Below, piece after piece: positions 26,529 through 40,846 of a DNA stretch of 64,000 nt (its first letter is position 1; each line of letters begins with the position of its first letter). The notes below the pieces were generated by a model that had not been told where the DNA came from, searched no databases, and saw only the letters and a program-made list of their open reading frames with translations. Both the position numbers and the translations under genes were made by a program. Where the stretch lies: the NCBI GenBank assembly GCA_964016885.1, contig OZ024740.1:129704001-129768000 (forward strand). Reading direction: 5' to 3'. This DNA comes from Eledone cirrhosa. Its lineage: Eukaryota.

Positions 26529-27384
26529 TCGTGTGTGCGATAATATATAACAATGGTCAGCGTGAATTAACATAGAATCTGTATCTTTGGATCTCTATTT
26601 CTGATTCCTGTTGTTCTGTGTGCATATATGCATAACCTTTTTAGCTGAGAGACCATATGCATGTATTTCTGTATGACTGTCAATTCGTGCATATGGGATT
26701 TACAGTATATTTAGCATTGTTGTTAGTGTTATATTCCCAACGTGTTGTTATTTCCTCACTCTTTATAGACACACAGTTTTTGTGAATTAAAAAAATATTG
26801 AAAACAATGCCGGTTTCGTGACGAACTGGTAAATTAAACGCAATGTGAATCATGAGGTTTTTGTAGTAATTCTACTTGAAGTGTTCAGTAGTTAATTTGA
26901 ATGTTAAGCATACTCATTCTGAAATCTTAATTTCGTTGCGTGATCTCAATATATTACACAGAAGAACTGTGTTGTTTTGGTATATGCAGTATTGTTAATT
27001 GTCCATGCTCTTTCTAATATAGTAGAAATATGTTTGCATGCCTATCAGTGCTATTTTCCGTACGTTTTATATATTTGCCAGTCCATGAGTGTTCATCAGA
27101 TGCTCGATCGTATGTTGTCTTTGACATTCCTAGAATATTTGTTATTACAGGGATTGATTGTTTTAGCGTCTTGTACATTCTGGTTATTTATCTCTGGCTT
27201 GATATATTCGCACGACCCAACGTTTATTTATTTTCTAATCGACCTTCTTCTTTCCACAAACTTCTGGTCTTCTGCCAAATTTAGGAAGATCATATCATAT
27301 ATATATAATAGTTGTTTTATTATTAGTATTATTATGCAAAATAGTCAAATACCTGATCAACCAGTCCTACTGGATGAGAGGTTC

Positions 27385-27820
27385 GGACTATATTAGCGCC
27401 AGACCATCGAGACATGTCCCTGTTCGCACCACATTAAATTAAAACACCTGCTCTTAAATTTCTTGTGGAACGGAAAGTTTCCATCTCTGAGGTGATCCAT
27501 CAGTTACCATCACCCTGTACGGAGATGGCTGAGCAGGCCATGGCTGCTGATACCCAAACATGCGCCGAGACTCTGGCCTCGTTAGATATTCTTAAGCCGT
27601 GAACATGTGTGGTTTCCTTTCTGGAGAATGGTCTTTCCGCTGCTTGACTCTTTCACTTAGCCGCAGTTCTGGGTCAAGAGAAAACCGAGACTTGTGCCTG
27701 GCAACATTTCAAATATCCACTACTATGTGGAACATGATGTCACTGGAAATTCCACTCGAGTGTTATTTAGATTATTAGTCTTGGGCTTGTGCGACGACTC
27801 TATCGGAGAAAGTCTGTATA
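27385..27820 (+). pseudogene. Old L1/Tx1 ORF2 C-terminal fragment
   Basis: Nucleotide similarity by eye to 36260-36700 (tccatc...caccct..., ggtcaaga...ccgagact..tg.ctggca). Confidence 0.65.
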
Positions 27821-27824
27821 GACA

Positions 27825-30800
27825 AAAATACATGGCTGAGCCACGCCCCCAAGCAATATATTTGCTGTCGTCTGACAAAGGCATAAAAGTTGCGAGGAGG
27901 GTTACAGAAATTCATACAACAGACACCACCACAAACAACGTGAACAAAGACAACATTCAGGACACTAATTTTGAAAAAATTAGCACACCAACTACAACAA
28001 TAACAGTGTCAACCAAAATACTGACAAGAAAAAAATGACAACAAATGCAACAACGATATTAACACGACTAACAAGAAAATAAACAACGACAACACCAACA
28101 GCATCAATACAAATTGCACCAAACACACAACCAACTACAACAGTAATAACAGCAACAACACCGTTTGTAGCAGTAGCAACAGTAACAACACCAACAACAA
28201 CACCACTAGCAGAAGTATAGCAGCAATAATGGTGACGCTGAAAAAGGGGCTACTTCTTTCGCAGGTGTGGTCCGAAATTTGGAGAGAGTGCTAGTCACGA
28301 AGGAGGAGATGGCAATAGCAAGAGCCATGGTGTCGAGAAACGACAATAGAGTTTCCCTGAAATCTCCACCCGATTTCTTCAAAGACCAGCAGCTGTGCAC
28401 GGCGAGTTACCGCACCGTACGCAACGTGGCAAATCGGGAGGACAGGGACACGGAGGCTCAAATCCAAAAGGCCTTGGGGGTGCGTGTGGGCGGGAAAAAC
28501 ACACATCACCCGAGGCAAAAATTATGCCACAGTAGACGTACATTTCGCCACCCCTCAAAAGGCGATGTCTCACACTTTGGAAACCCTAAAGAGTGAGGAG
28601 CTAGTCTTGGTGACCCCACAGAAGACAGCCAAGAAGAGGGTCCTCCTCCTTCCGACGCCTCATCCGCTGCTACCAAGAATAGGGCAGGCCTCAGAGACAG
28701 TAGACCATTCCATGAGGAGTAGGAGAGCAACGTCCATTGTACCCATACCATGGCCACGGCAACTAAAGCAGTGGCAGCTATGGCGGCAAGACCAACAGTC
28801 GCAGTATATACACTGGCGGTACATCACCGGAGCGGGCTCCACTACCACCACCTACAGCAGTGGAGCTCATGCCACTCCCGGACGCCGCTGGGGTCTGACA
28901 TAGAGTGTGAGACGGGAGGGAAGTTGCAAACGGTCTGCGACAGAAAAAACCAAACAAAACCCTTAGATTCACCCTTCAAAAGCGAAGGCATACAAAGAGG
29001 GGTAAAGGCTGCAAGGAGACTTGCAGCAACACCACCACCATCACCATCACCACCACAAGCATCACCACCAACAACAACCACAGCACCACCAGCATCATTA
29101 AACACCCCAACATCGCAAACACGACAAAACACACACAACGAATAGCAACAACAGGAAAACTGCAACAAAATCGCCCCTCCCACCAAAAATTACACAGCCA
29201 TAAACATGGCAAATAAAGACCTCTTACAACATATAAAGCAGCACACAGACATCACAGAAAAAAACTACTACATCCCACCATAACAAAAAACTCTCCAAAC
29301 AAACATAAGCATCAGTGAAATCAAAATAGAACATTAAAAACTTTTAAAACAAAAATTGCCCAACGCAGTTGGAGACTTCAGAGGGTCAGTTACCAAGAGG
29401 ATAAACACCGACATCCTCTTCGAAACACCCATGGCCAGCCAAAGGGACGGTTCTACTGTCCCTTCACCACACGATCAAGGTATGTGATCCTTTCTCACTT
29501 AGCCCGCTTCTCATCCAACATGGCCGTACTTGGAATAGGCAGTATAAATATACGTGGCCTGGGGGTCACTTTGGAAGCAGGGTCACCTGCTGAACGACCT
29601 CTCGTCCCTAAATATAGATGTGGTGGCAATCAGCGAGACCAGAATCTCCGAAGCACGAACCTTTGCACCAATCATCGGCGGCTACGATGTATACGCATCC
29701 CCCAGCCGTCTAGGATCGGGGGGAGGAATTGCCGTGCTTTTTCGGAGAGACTTGGATCTCGGCATACGGGCCATCTTCCTGGACCCAGAAGGTATGTCGG
29801 TGGTGCAGGACGTGACCGGCAACGAAGGCAACACTTTCACGCTAGTGGCCGTCTACGCCCCAACTAGGGGAGGTCGACCTTTCTTGGAACGTCCAGCTCT
29901 TTAGTGTTAGTGGGCGACTGGAACTATATCTTAGATACACGCTGGGATTATGTGGGGCTAGTAGACAGGGCAGGAGGGAGCTTCAACAACCGGCTCAGAG
30001 GTTTTGAACTGTCTGACAGGTATAGACTGGATTATACGAATGTGCGAATGTCGACATGAGCAAACCACATCGTGTCATCCAGATCGTATTTAGATAGGGT
30101 ATTCTGTAGGAAACAGATAACGCTAGATTAGGGTGTCCACAATTTAAAGTAGTCGACTACACGGACAACAAATTTGTGATCAGTGAAGTTGACTTAGATA
30201 GACTCCATATGCAAGGGCCCAGCTACTGGAAGCTGAACGCGTTGTTCCCGGCGCGCAAAGCTTACAGGGACCGGATTAGCGAATTAGTTAAGCGAGCGTT
30301 GACGGGTGCGATCTTCAACTACAGGTGGTGGTTTACTCTGAAAAGGGCTATTATAGTAGAATAAGGTTTAGCATAGGAGTAGTGATAGAGGAGAATAGAG
30401 TAGAGGGAGAGTTAGTTTAGTTAGAAAGCTAGAAGAGGCGTTAAGGACAGCCATCGCAACCGACGTGCTTGCGGCGAGATTGGCACTCGACCAATTCTTC
30501 AACGCAAAGCATGAAGGGTGCGTTGTCAGAGCTAGAGCGCGTGCTCTAAGACACGAGGGGACGAAAGCCGTTCAATGGGCCCGAGTGGTGGAGGCGCGAC
30601 GTGGCAACAAGTCCACTATTCGGTCTTTACCTGATCAAAACGGGCGCATGTGGCTCGAACTCGAGCAGATGTGTGGGGCTTTTCAACAGCACTTTGCTCA
30701 ATTTTCCGGAGCGGCGGCGGGCCGGTTCTGAGTATACGCCTGTAGACTGAGGAGTGGGAAACGTGAGAGAGGGCGCTTGCCCTGGTGGTCAGGGTGGCCG

Positions 30801-31023
30801 TGGTCTTTTGTGTGGTTTTCGCCTCGAGTTACCCTTGGAGGTTTCTCCCTTCTTGGGGAATTTTTATTTTGTTTGAATTTTTTTTTTATTTCTAGCCCAA
30901 TTTTGTTATAACCTGTTTACACGATAAAACCCACTTTTTATCATCCTGTACTGTTCTGTCTCTAATGTATTTCTTCATGTTAGCCCTTGTGGCTAATAAA
31001 GAAACCATTATTATTATCATTAT
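27825..31023 (+). mobile_element. L1/Tx1 element A, RT region deleted, (ATT)n tail
   Basis: ORF1 MAEPRP at 27832; ORF2 MAVLGIGSINIRGLG...DVVAISETR...VAVYAP...YWKLN; jumps to the 3' UTR at ~30730; AATAAA then ATT repeats. Confidence 0.85.
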
Positions 31024-32045
31024 AGTTGCATTTATCTTGCTTTATGTTCATACGAGTTATCACCAAGTCACAACCAGTGACCTCAAGAGAGAACAAGGTC
31101 CGCCATGTTCAAGAAAGAACATACACACACATGGATCTTTAGGTGTTTAGACTTGTGATGTATTTATATTGACAGAATCTTCCTTGGTATATGGGCAGTT
31201 CCCATTAGTACTGTCTTTTGTATTTCTCCTATATGCGCGTTTCCTGGGATTTGCGAAAAGTAATCATTAGCCCCCTTAGTAATCATTTCTAGAGCGCCTA
31301 CAACCACTGGTATTGTTTTAGTTCTCAATTTCCACATTTTTCCAATTTCTATCTCCAGGTCCTTATACTTGCTCAATTTTTCAAATGTTTTTATAGATAC
31401 ATTCTTGTCTATTGGAACGGACATATCAATTAGCAGGCATACCCTCTTGTTAAAGTCCTTCAGTATTATATCAGGTCTATTAGCATCTTTGAGATGTGAT
31501 CTTTTTCAAGTATGGGAGGTGGTTGATGCTCCCACCAATTCTTTTGATAGGGCAGGTCAAAATGCTTACACATTATCCAATGCATGTATTGTGCAGTTCT
31601 GTCATGCCTGTTTAGATATTCGGTTGGAGAAATAGGACTGCGCATTGAAACTATATGATCAATGGTCTATGGTTGTTTTTTTACATACGCGGCATAATGG
31701 GTTGCATCCATTTTTTATTATGTTGGCTTGATAATTTTTTGTTGGCAGACACTGATCTTGTGCTGATATAATCAGTCCTTCAGTCTCCGATTTCAGTCCA
31801 GAGGAAGCCAACCACTGATGGGTTAAAGTTTCGTCAACATCAGGATTGTTAACTCTTTCTGGGTATTTTCCATACAGAGGCTTTCCTTGTCATTTCTTAG
31901 CCAGTTTCCGTAGCAGTTCTTTCTTTGCAGTTACTTTTACCTGCTTTGCTATTTCTGTGTTTTCCATTCCAGCAGTAAATGGGACTTCTAAAATGTGTAG
32001 TCCATTACTGTATCTTTGTGCATCTTTTGTAATGGAGTATGATCT
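31024..32045 (-). mobile_element. 5'-truncated R4/Dong-type (restriction-like endonuclease) non-LTR element
   Basis: LKSETEGLIISAQDQ, CCHC remnant, RPDIILKD..CLLIDMSVP, EKLSKYKDL, IPVVVGAL, IQKTVLMGTAHI; flanked by (TAA)n. Confidence 0.82.
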
Positions 32046-32261
32046 TATTATTATTATTATTATTGGTCCAAACGGACGTATTTTGCTGGCTCCCAGTAAG
32101 TCGCTTTATTTGCCTGTTAAAATTATTTGTTGTTAAATATTTCTTGTTGTGCAAGGGATATAAGCCCTTAGAATTTGCTCTGTGAAGGGGAAAGTATAAT
32201 ATTTGGGACTTTTGGCCCAAATAATTGAATTGTTTTTACATGTTAACACATTTACGGAGAA

Positions 32262-35200
32262 AAAAAAACATGGCTGAGCCACGCCCCCCAGCGATATGTT
32301 TGCTGTCGTGCGACAACAACGTGGAAGTTGAGAGGAGCGCTACAGCGAAATTAACACAAATTGATAACACAAACACCACCACAAACAATGTAAACAAAGA
32401 GACCAATGATACCAATGAGAAATCTAATTTTGAATAAAATGACACTAACAGCGACAACGAAAATACAGATAACCCCCCAAAAAATAACAAATACAACAAT
32501 ATCAACACCACTAACATGAAAACAAATAGCGACAACACCACCAGCAACAATACCAACTGCACCGAGAACAACGGTGGCAACAAAGACAACAATGATAACA
32601 GCGACAGTGCTAACAACAACACCAACAAGAACAACGACAACGACCACAACAACCCCAATGAAAACAAGAAGAACACTTTCGCTGCGGCAGCAGCAAAAAA
32701 GAGGTCATGCTTCAACATGGACCTTTCAAACAAAGATGAAAATTGGCCCAGGAATGCAAGCTCATCAAGCAAGAGCAAACCTGGGCCAACTTAATTGTTT
32801 CGGGTAGAAGCTATTGAGGCAGTGGAACACAGAACGGTGCATTATAGATGCATCTCAGCACAAACCAAAAGGGCAGCTTTAATCCCATAAGAAGATGTCG
32901 AAGTCGCGCTGAGGTTGATCAGAGAAGACACCGAATACATAGAGAGGTGCAGACAGTACTGCACCATTTCGGTGTTGTTCAAGTCAGAAGCTGTCGCTCT
33001 GAAACACGCTATGACTCCTTGCAAAACCTGCAAGGTCATAATGTAGCCCTCCCGCATGGGAAAAAGTACGGCCCGTCTCCGCCTTCACATAATCCCACCA
33101 GGACTTGACATGTGGTGGCTTCTGGGATGTGTGATTGTGGAGGGGACGGATACCGTCCCTATAGAAGTGACCAGAACGGCCAGAGAGGACTGGTCCTGGG
33201 TTGACCTGGAGATCCTTCTCCAGATCAAGCCCGAGAATGTGAAGACAATCCCGGACCACATCCGCCTTCAGAATGGGACGGTCATTCACATTATGACCGA
33301 AGGCAAAAGACCGCAGTGTTTTGTTTGTGGGGAAAAAAACCATTTGCGAGCCTTCTGCCCTCAACTGCTGAAAGAGGCAAGGGGTCTAAAGGCTCCACTG
33401 CTGCCGACGCCGGGGCGAGGACCACAACCAACACCTGCACCGGCAAAACCACCAACAACACCAATAGAAAGACCACAACCAACATTGACCACCCAGGGGG
33501 GAAACGAGGAAAGCTGTCAAATTCCCCCTCCACCCAAAAATACACACAACAATAAAACCATAAACATACATACAGACACATTTACAGACACAGACACCTC
33601 ACCTACCAGTTGTGAAGATGATTGAAAACCAAAATCCCCCAAAATACAAAAAAAGAAACACAAAAAGAAGAAAAAAAACTGAACAAAGCAAAAAATCACC
33701 CATAATAAAACATCACTCCAATAATCACCCACGCAAACATCTCTCCAATAAGACCAACATCAAAACCACCATCACCATCACCAGAATCCCCCAAACGCAA
33801 ACAACCTGAATAGTAGCAAGAAAAATATACACATAAACATCTGAAACCACAGACACCGCACTCACAACAAACACAGATACAACCGACACAACACCATCAA
33901 AATCATCACCACCACCGCCACGCACACAAATAAAATCACACCAACAAAACATAAAAAAACTTCGTGCTTGTCAGGAGGGCCAACAAGGATCTGATGGCTC
34001 TCGTAGCACGAAGTGAAAATATACAAAAAGAGGGTGACATTTTTAAATCGAGCACATATCGCGTGCCGGAAGATAAGTAGGCCGGGATCTCGAGGTAAGG
34101 TCGATCTTCCGGGACCCGGACGGGAAGTTGGTCGTCCCCACGTGAACAATAATGAAGGTGGTGCCTTTAGACTGGTGGCCGTCTATGCTCCTACTGAGGC
34201 AGGACGGACGGACTTCTTTAGACGCCTGGAAGCCTTTCTGGGTACGTCTCGCCCTTTACTGTTAGCGGGGGACTGGAACGGCATCTTAGACGCACGCTGG
34301 GACTGTGGGATTATTCGATAAGAGCGGGGGGGGGGGTGCAAAAGCATCAAGAACCTAATCAGCCAGTTCCAACTGTCTGACAGGTACCGACTATATTTCC
34401 CTAATGCGCCAGTGTGGATCTGGGTTAACCACACTGGGTCATCTAGATCGTATATAGACAGGATGTTCATTAGGAAAATAGACAGAAATAGTGTAAGCTG
34501 TCCACGTTTTGAAACGGTCGCCTATTCAGATCACAAGTTTGTGATCTGTATGGTCGACCTCGATAAGACGCGTAGGTTAGGACCTGGTTACTGGAAGCTA
34601 AACATGTCATTTTCGGCACGTAAGGCTTACAGGGACCAGGTCAACAATTTAGTTAAGAAAAGGTTGACAGGAGGAGTCGTCAACAAGTGATGGTGGGGGG
34701 CTCTCAAAAGAGAGATTAGAGTAATGTCGATAGAGTTTAGCAAAGAAGTAGCATTAAAGAAAAATAGAAAGGAGGGGGAGTTGGTAGATAAGTTAGACGA
34801 GGCTATTGGTAGTGGCATTGCAACTGACGTGCTAAAGGCGAGAATGGCATTAGACCATTTCTTCAATGCGAAACAGGAAGGTTGCATTGTCAGAGCTAAG
34901 GCGCGTGCTCTGAGAAACGAGGGAACCAAAGCTGTTCGATGGGCTCGCGTGGCAGAAGCGCAGCGTGGTAATAAAACCACGATTCGGTCTTTGACGGACC
35001 GAGACGGGCACGAGCTGAGCGATTCCAAGAGGATGTGTGAGGTCTTTCGCCAACATTTTTCTCGGTTGTTCGGGGGAAGTGGCGGGTCAGATATGGTGGC
35101 GGACTTCAGTCCCTACCTCGATGGCTTGCCACAACTCTCGACGGCTGACGCTGGGCGCTGCGAAAGGCCAATTACTTCAGCCGAGATTCAGGATGCCCTT

Positions 35201-37152
35201 GTAGGCTGCATGAGGCGCAAGTCACCCGGTTTGGATGGTCTGCCCTACGAGCTTTACGTAAATATGCCAGACTTGTTCTCCAATCTCCCCGAAGCCCTCT
35301 ACTTCAACTGGCAGCAAAACGGGAGTATTCCCAGTTCTGTGAGGCGGGGCGTAGTCACGCTGATAAGGAAAGACGAGAACAAGAGGGACACATTAGACAA
35401 TTTCAGGCCCATATCTCTGCTCAACAGAGAGTTTAAGATTTTGGCCAGGGTGTTAGCGAAGAGGTTGGTGCTTGACGTCGGGGATTTGGTTGGGGAGTCG
35501 CAAACTTGCGCAATCCCAACCAGTTCCATACACGACAACCTCCACCTAATACGATACATCATAGAGACGGTAGGGTGTAAACCTGGCTTCGGTGGGGCTC
35601 TGATCAATTTAGATCAATCGAAAGCATTCGATACGGTCGACCATCGGTACCTGGAGGCTGTCACCAAGGCTGCTGGCTTCGGCCCCGTCTTCAGAAGCTG
35701 GATCGCTGCAATGCACAGCGGCACCCGCTGGTGGTCAAAATTAATGGCCACCTCTCGGAACCGTTTCAGGTCTCCTGATCGGTCCGTCAAGGGTGCCCTC
35801 TCAACTCTCTTCTGTACGTATCGACTCTCGAGGCTTTACTGCGGAAGCTGGAGCTGTTGCAGGGTATCCCGCTCGAACCGGGACGCGGAAAGGCCGTGTC
35901 GGCTTATGCGAACGACATCACCGTGATGGTGTCGGACACCTCATAAATAGAGGTGGTCGGCAACTTATTGGAGGAATATGAAAGATTGACGGGAGCAAAA
36001 CTTAACCCGGAAAAGTCAGTAGGCTTGAAACTCGGCACCTGGAGAGGCAAGTCCATGCCGTCCAACAACATCGTTAAGCGATCGACGGACGGACCGGCAA
36101 AGTTGCTAGGGGTTTGGTTCGGGCCAGACCTCCAGGTGTATAAGAATTGGGACGAGGTGACGGGAAGGGTAGGCAGTCTCACCCAGAAATGGGCTGGGAT
36201 GAAGCTATCACTGAGAGGTCGGGTGGAGGTGGCGAACGCGTACATCGCGTCCGTCATCTATTACCGTCTGACTGTCCTCCCTTGCCCACGTCCGCGCCTC
36301 GCCATCTTGGAGCGGCTCCTTTTCAAATATATGTGGAGGGGTCAGGTTCCGCTGGTGAGGTGGTCCATCTGCTGCCAGCACCCTCTACGTGGAGGGCTGG
36401 CCATGCCGGGGTTAATGATGCGCAGACACGCGCTGATGCTGCGGCATCTCCAGATATTCTGCCTAAAGGGCGGACAGGTGTGGTCGCCGTTTGTCAGACG
36501 GGCCTTCTGAATCTCGTTTCTTTGACTGAGTTGCAGTCCTGGGTCAAGAAGAGACCGAGACTGGGTGACTGGCATCTGGAATGTTGCCAGGCACTCACTG
36601 CCCTCTAGCAGGCGGGCAATGCGGTCAGTGGAACTTCCACTCTCGAGTTCTATAGAGGATTAGTGGAGGGCAAGTGCGACGACGCACCGGAGAGGCTCTG
36701 GGCGTCAACGAAGTCGAACTAACCAGTCTGTACCGGAGGACTTTCGAGCCGGAGACGATGGATAATTTCCAAAGATCCCTCGCTTGCAGTGCTACCGGGG
36801 GGCACTGCCGGTTCGAGATAAATTCTACAGGCACGGAAGTGCTGTCAGACGGACCTGCTCGAGATGCGCGCAGAGCGACGAAACCGTTCTGCACGCACTC
36901 GTCCAGTGTCCGTGCATTACTGACTTGTGGAGTTATGTTGAACAGCTGTTGTCGCGTGTAGAACGGATCCGGCTTTCGGCCGAGTCCATAGTGAAGATCG
37001 ACCCGCCGCTTTCTTTTGGCCAGGAAGGGCAGGCAATTTTCCTCTGTCTGGTGGCAGTAGCGAAAGAGGTTGTATGGTGGACAAGGTTGAAAGGACTGAA
37101 GACAGACACTTTTCTCTTCGGGCAATCCCTCATCAACTTTTTCAAGTTTCAC
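32262..37152 (+). mobile_element. L1/Tx1 element B, near full length but disrupted, 3' end lost
   Basis: ORF1 MAEPRP at 32270 with zinc knuckle CFVCGEKNHLRAFC; APE fragments; RT and C-terminal CSRC..ETVLHALVQC. Confidence 0.9.
34130..37152 (+). pseudogene. Tx1 ORF2 (APE-RT-zinc finger), frameshifted
   Basis: KSPGLDGLPYE, NFRPISLLN, LDQSKAFDTVDH, SVRQGCPLS, AYANDITV (YADD altered); spread over ORFs 34724, 35953 and 36784. Confidence 0.9.
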
Positions 37153-39713
37153 TTCTTAACCTCTGTTAATAAATTATGTAAAAACAAGCTAAAGTCGTTG
37201 TCGATATTCCTATCATATCTTTCTACCAAAGATGGTTCCTCGTGACAACATTACAACTTCTAAACATAACCAACTGCTAAATTGGTGACTCTCGACGATG
37301 AAGTATGAAAACGCAGCCTATTTGAATTCGCCATTCGTTTTAATGGCTATGTGGAGTGGCTTAACATTTGGAGTGTTCGAATCGGGTAGCTAGACTCACT
37401 TAGCGTAAGTCCATAACATTCATAATATTCCATTTGCTGAATCACGCGGCCTGCACAATGTTTCTGTCATAACTTTCATAGTAACACTAGTAACTCACGC
37501 ATACAGACGAACACAAAAATACAACACAAAAGAAAGAGTTTTTTCTCCGACTAACAAAAAAATGTCTCTTTTGGATTGAAAATTATGCGATGTCTTCTAG
37601 CTGGTTGAGGTGGTTTGGTATATTTCAATTAGTTTATAAAATGAGTACGGTGACCACCGACTAAGAACAACTTGCCTTGCAAGCATAGTTTGATAAAAAA
37701 AAAAAAAAAAAAAAAAGAAAAAGGGGATTTCTCTGTGTATAGCATTTTGCTTTCAAACTTCTGTTAAAGTTACACAATGGAGACTCAAAATGTTGTTTCC
37801 CCCCGTACAGCTTGTCTTCTGCAACCCCAGCAACCTGATTGACTGCATCGTGCCACATGACGGCTACTTCATCACGGTCACATTTTTCGATCGGCCATCT
37901 TGGCATTTTCTTGCCGAATAATTTTCATGGAAAATATTTTTTTTTATTATTCAAATTTTCTTTAGAATATTTTTAGGAAAACAATTAGCAGTATTTCAAA
38001 AACTTTACGCCACGAGGAAATTTCAAGACGGCTACCACCAAGTACCAGCCATCAGCAGCAACACATGGCTAACTATTAACCAACACCAGGGAACGGCTTG
38101 TAACTTTACAGCCGCAACCACCATACCTTATGTCACGTTACCACAAGGACTCGAGAAATTAACACAGTAGTTTTCTCACCATTATGGCGTCAGACGTGGC
38201 TGCCATGTTGGTGACTCTAGGTTCTTCAACGCTCGACTTCTACTCTACAGAAGATTCATTGTGACTTTGCTTTAACAACAGCAACAACTCTACTAGCTCC
38301 CTAGTAAGAGCGTTCCCAAAGAAAAAAGAAGCGAACTTTTTGTTAAAAGAAAAGAAAATATTTCTTTCTTTCTTCCTTTTTTTTTTCAGGCATTTATTTT
38401 GGACATTTATTTTTTTTTAAACTGTATTATATGAAAATTCATTTCTCTCTATCATTGTATATGTGACCGCACGCAAACAATTTCTTTGCTGTATTACATG
38501 CCTGCATATATACGCACACCAACATGTTGTTGTCTATGCTATGTGATCTTCAAGCGTCGTAATATTCTGCGAGATCCCTTTTCACCTTCTGGAGGTACCA
38601 AAACATGCTATCGACACTTGCAGCTTAATTCACCTGCACCGCAACACGAGAATGCTAATTGCAGCTGAACTCAAACAGTTTCGCATCTCGTTGCACATTC
38701 ATCGTCCATAACAACCTCTATCTTGTTATCTTACCCAACTCACCGGGAAAACAATAAATAGAACTGGACTTGTCAGCATTTCCACCAATTCTGTGGATTC
38801 GCCCGAATTGTGGGACTGCAACCCACCTACAGATTCAGCCTGCTATTTGTTTCTTATCAAAGCAACCAGCCATTTTTTCCTGGCTCCCTAGGACATTCGG
38901 CAATACATCTGGGAGGCCAACATTATCTCGCCTACCCATCATCTTCTTGCCAGCACTGGTAAACTAACATAGTAGCTTCGTCCACAGCTACTGGTACAAC
39001 ACTTACCATTAACATTTAATGCGGGAACAGCAACTTCCCCCATGTCAGACTTTGTCCGTTTTCTGTTGGACCTTTGGTGGTCACGTATAAACTACAAAAC
39101 AGCTAGTCATTTGACAGCGGCTCAACACGGCCCGTAGCGCCTCATTTTTTTCCTTACATGCATCATTCTGCCCAATTATTTTTTCAATGATGTGCTCTTT
39201 CAGCATTTGTTCTTTCTGATTCAATAATCTGTATCGACTTCCGTCTAGAAGGGGGGCATTGTAGTGACCTACAATCCGCGGGCTCACACACATCATCTGT
39301 GCGTGATTTGGCTCAGCTCAGCCAATCAGCGCCATGAGAAGAGGATGTATCCATGCGCGTCCTGAGGGAGAAATAGCCCGCGAAGATTTGAGGAATCTCA
39401 CACTTTCAGCTTGACCATGCTAAGTTAAACACCACGTGTTATTTTGCTCCGTAAGCACAAACAATATGTAACGACAAAACATTACCTACGAGCCTAGCCA
39501 AACGCCCCAGCCAGTCGACCGTATTTTCTCTTGTAATCTTAATTGAATTATTTCATTATTCTTGGCATGCGACACTTAATTCACTTCTTAACCTTTGTTA
39601 ATAAATTATGTAAAAACAAGCTAAAGCCGTTGTCGATATTCCTATCATATCTTTCTACCAAAGATGGTTCCTCGTGGCAACATTACAACTCTCTAGATAT
39701 AACTCTCTGCTAA
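37148..39713 (+). mobile_element. Second copy of the non-autonomous LTR element (5' LTR truncated; 3' LTR 39260-39713)
   Basis: Reverse-complement match to 18830-21190; PBS-like TGGTGACTCTCGACG at ~37283; polypurine tract AGAAGGGGGG before TGTAG at 39260. Confidence 0.85.
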
Positions 39714-39714
39714 A

Positions 39715-40720
39715 GAGTTACCTTGGGAGAGATTTAATTGTCCCTATATATTTCGGATTCACATCCATCAACTGGGTTTTTTTCCGGGGTGGGGGAACGG
39801 TTGTCTGTCGGAAAGGTGCGAAACGCGTCCTCCGCTGTTTGTTGTTTTGAATATCTGAGCTATTCGGCAGAGCACGCGTGCACGTGAAATGGTGTCGGTC
39901 AGGCACAGATCAGCGGCCGAATGTGGGAGTGGGGTGACGCTAGCTGTCAGTCCATTCTCTGCCTGTTTGTTAAATGTTACTGTGTGTGTGTGCGCGTGTG
40001 TTGTTGTCTCGCTTGAGTGTGTGTGTGTGTGTGCGTGTGTTGTTGCCTTGTTCCTCGTATTGGCAGTGTAGTGTGTTCGTATGTTGGAATGCTACTGTGT
40101 GTGTGTGCGTGTGCGTGTGTAGTTGTCTCGTTTGTGTGTGTGTGCGCGCGTATGTTGCTGCATCGTTTGTTAAAGTAAACCAGTCACCTCATTTCGCTTC
40201 TCTCGGATCGATTGTTTATTTGCGGTTGCAGGCGTTTGATAAAAAGCGTTTCTTTGATACGTAACGTGCCGACGTTTCTTTCAGTCGCTAGAATTGTGAC
40301 AATGGGCCTTCCGTCTTTGTTTCCGCATTTGTCTATGTGTTTCCGGAAAGACGAGGCCCTGGTTTTAGTGTGTACCTTGATCCGGATGTGCAAAGGTCGG
40401 ATTGTGCTACCTATATATTATTGGTTGCACCTGTCACATTCTATCTTATACACGACGTATGTGCGTAGGCAACAGTTCGCATGGCGTATCGGGCAGTCTC
40501 TGAGGGAGCACGCGTCAGTAGATTTCCCGGATTTTCTGGAGAGGCATCCTCGCAGGGAGGGGCCCGAGTGGGCCAGGTGGATGTCGAGGCCCTCCTTCCG
40601 TATAGCCTTGCGGATAGCGTTGGTGGTATTCTCGCCCAGGTGTGGCATTTTGAGGAAGCATTTGCCTTGGATGCCTCTCTGTCTCTTGTGTCTGGCGTCT
40701 CCCACTCTGCCTGTGCCTTC
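39715..40720 (-). mobile_element. 5'-truncated Penelope-type PLE (GIY-YIG part + pLTR), same family as 55-57 kb
   Basis: ORFs 40418-40732 and 40184-40393 are nearly identical to the C-terminus of 55183-56553. Confidence 0.9.
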
Positions 40721-40814
40721 AGTTATAGTCACTTATATATTATGAAATACTGTTGGCTTCTTGCTCATATTAATTCCTCTATTTTCATATATATATAGAT
40801 ATATATATGCACGA

Positions 40815-40846
<32 letters not shown>

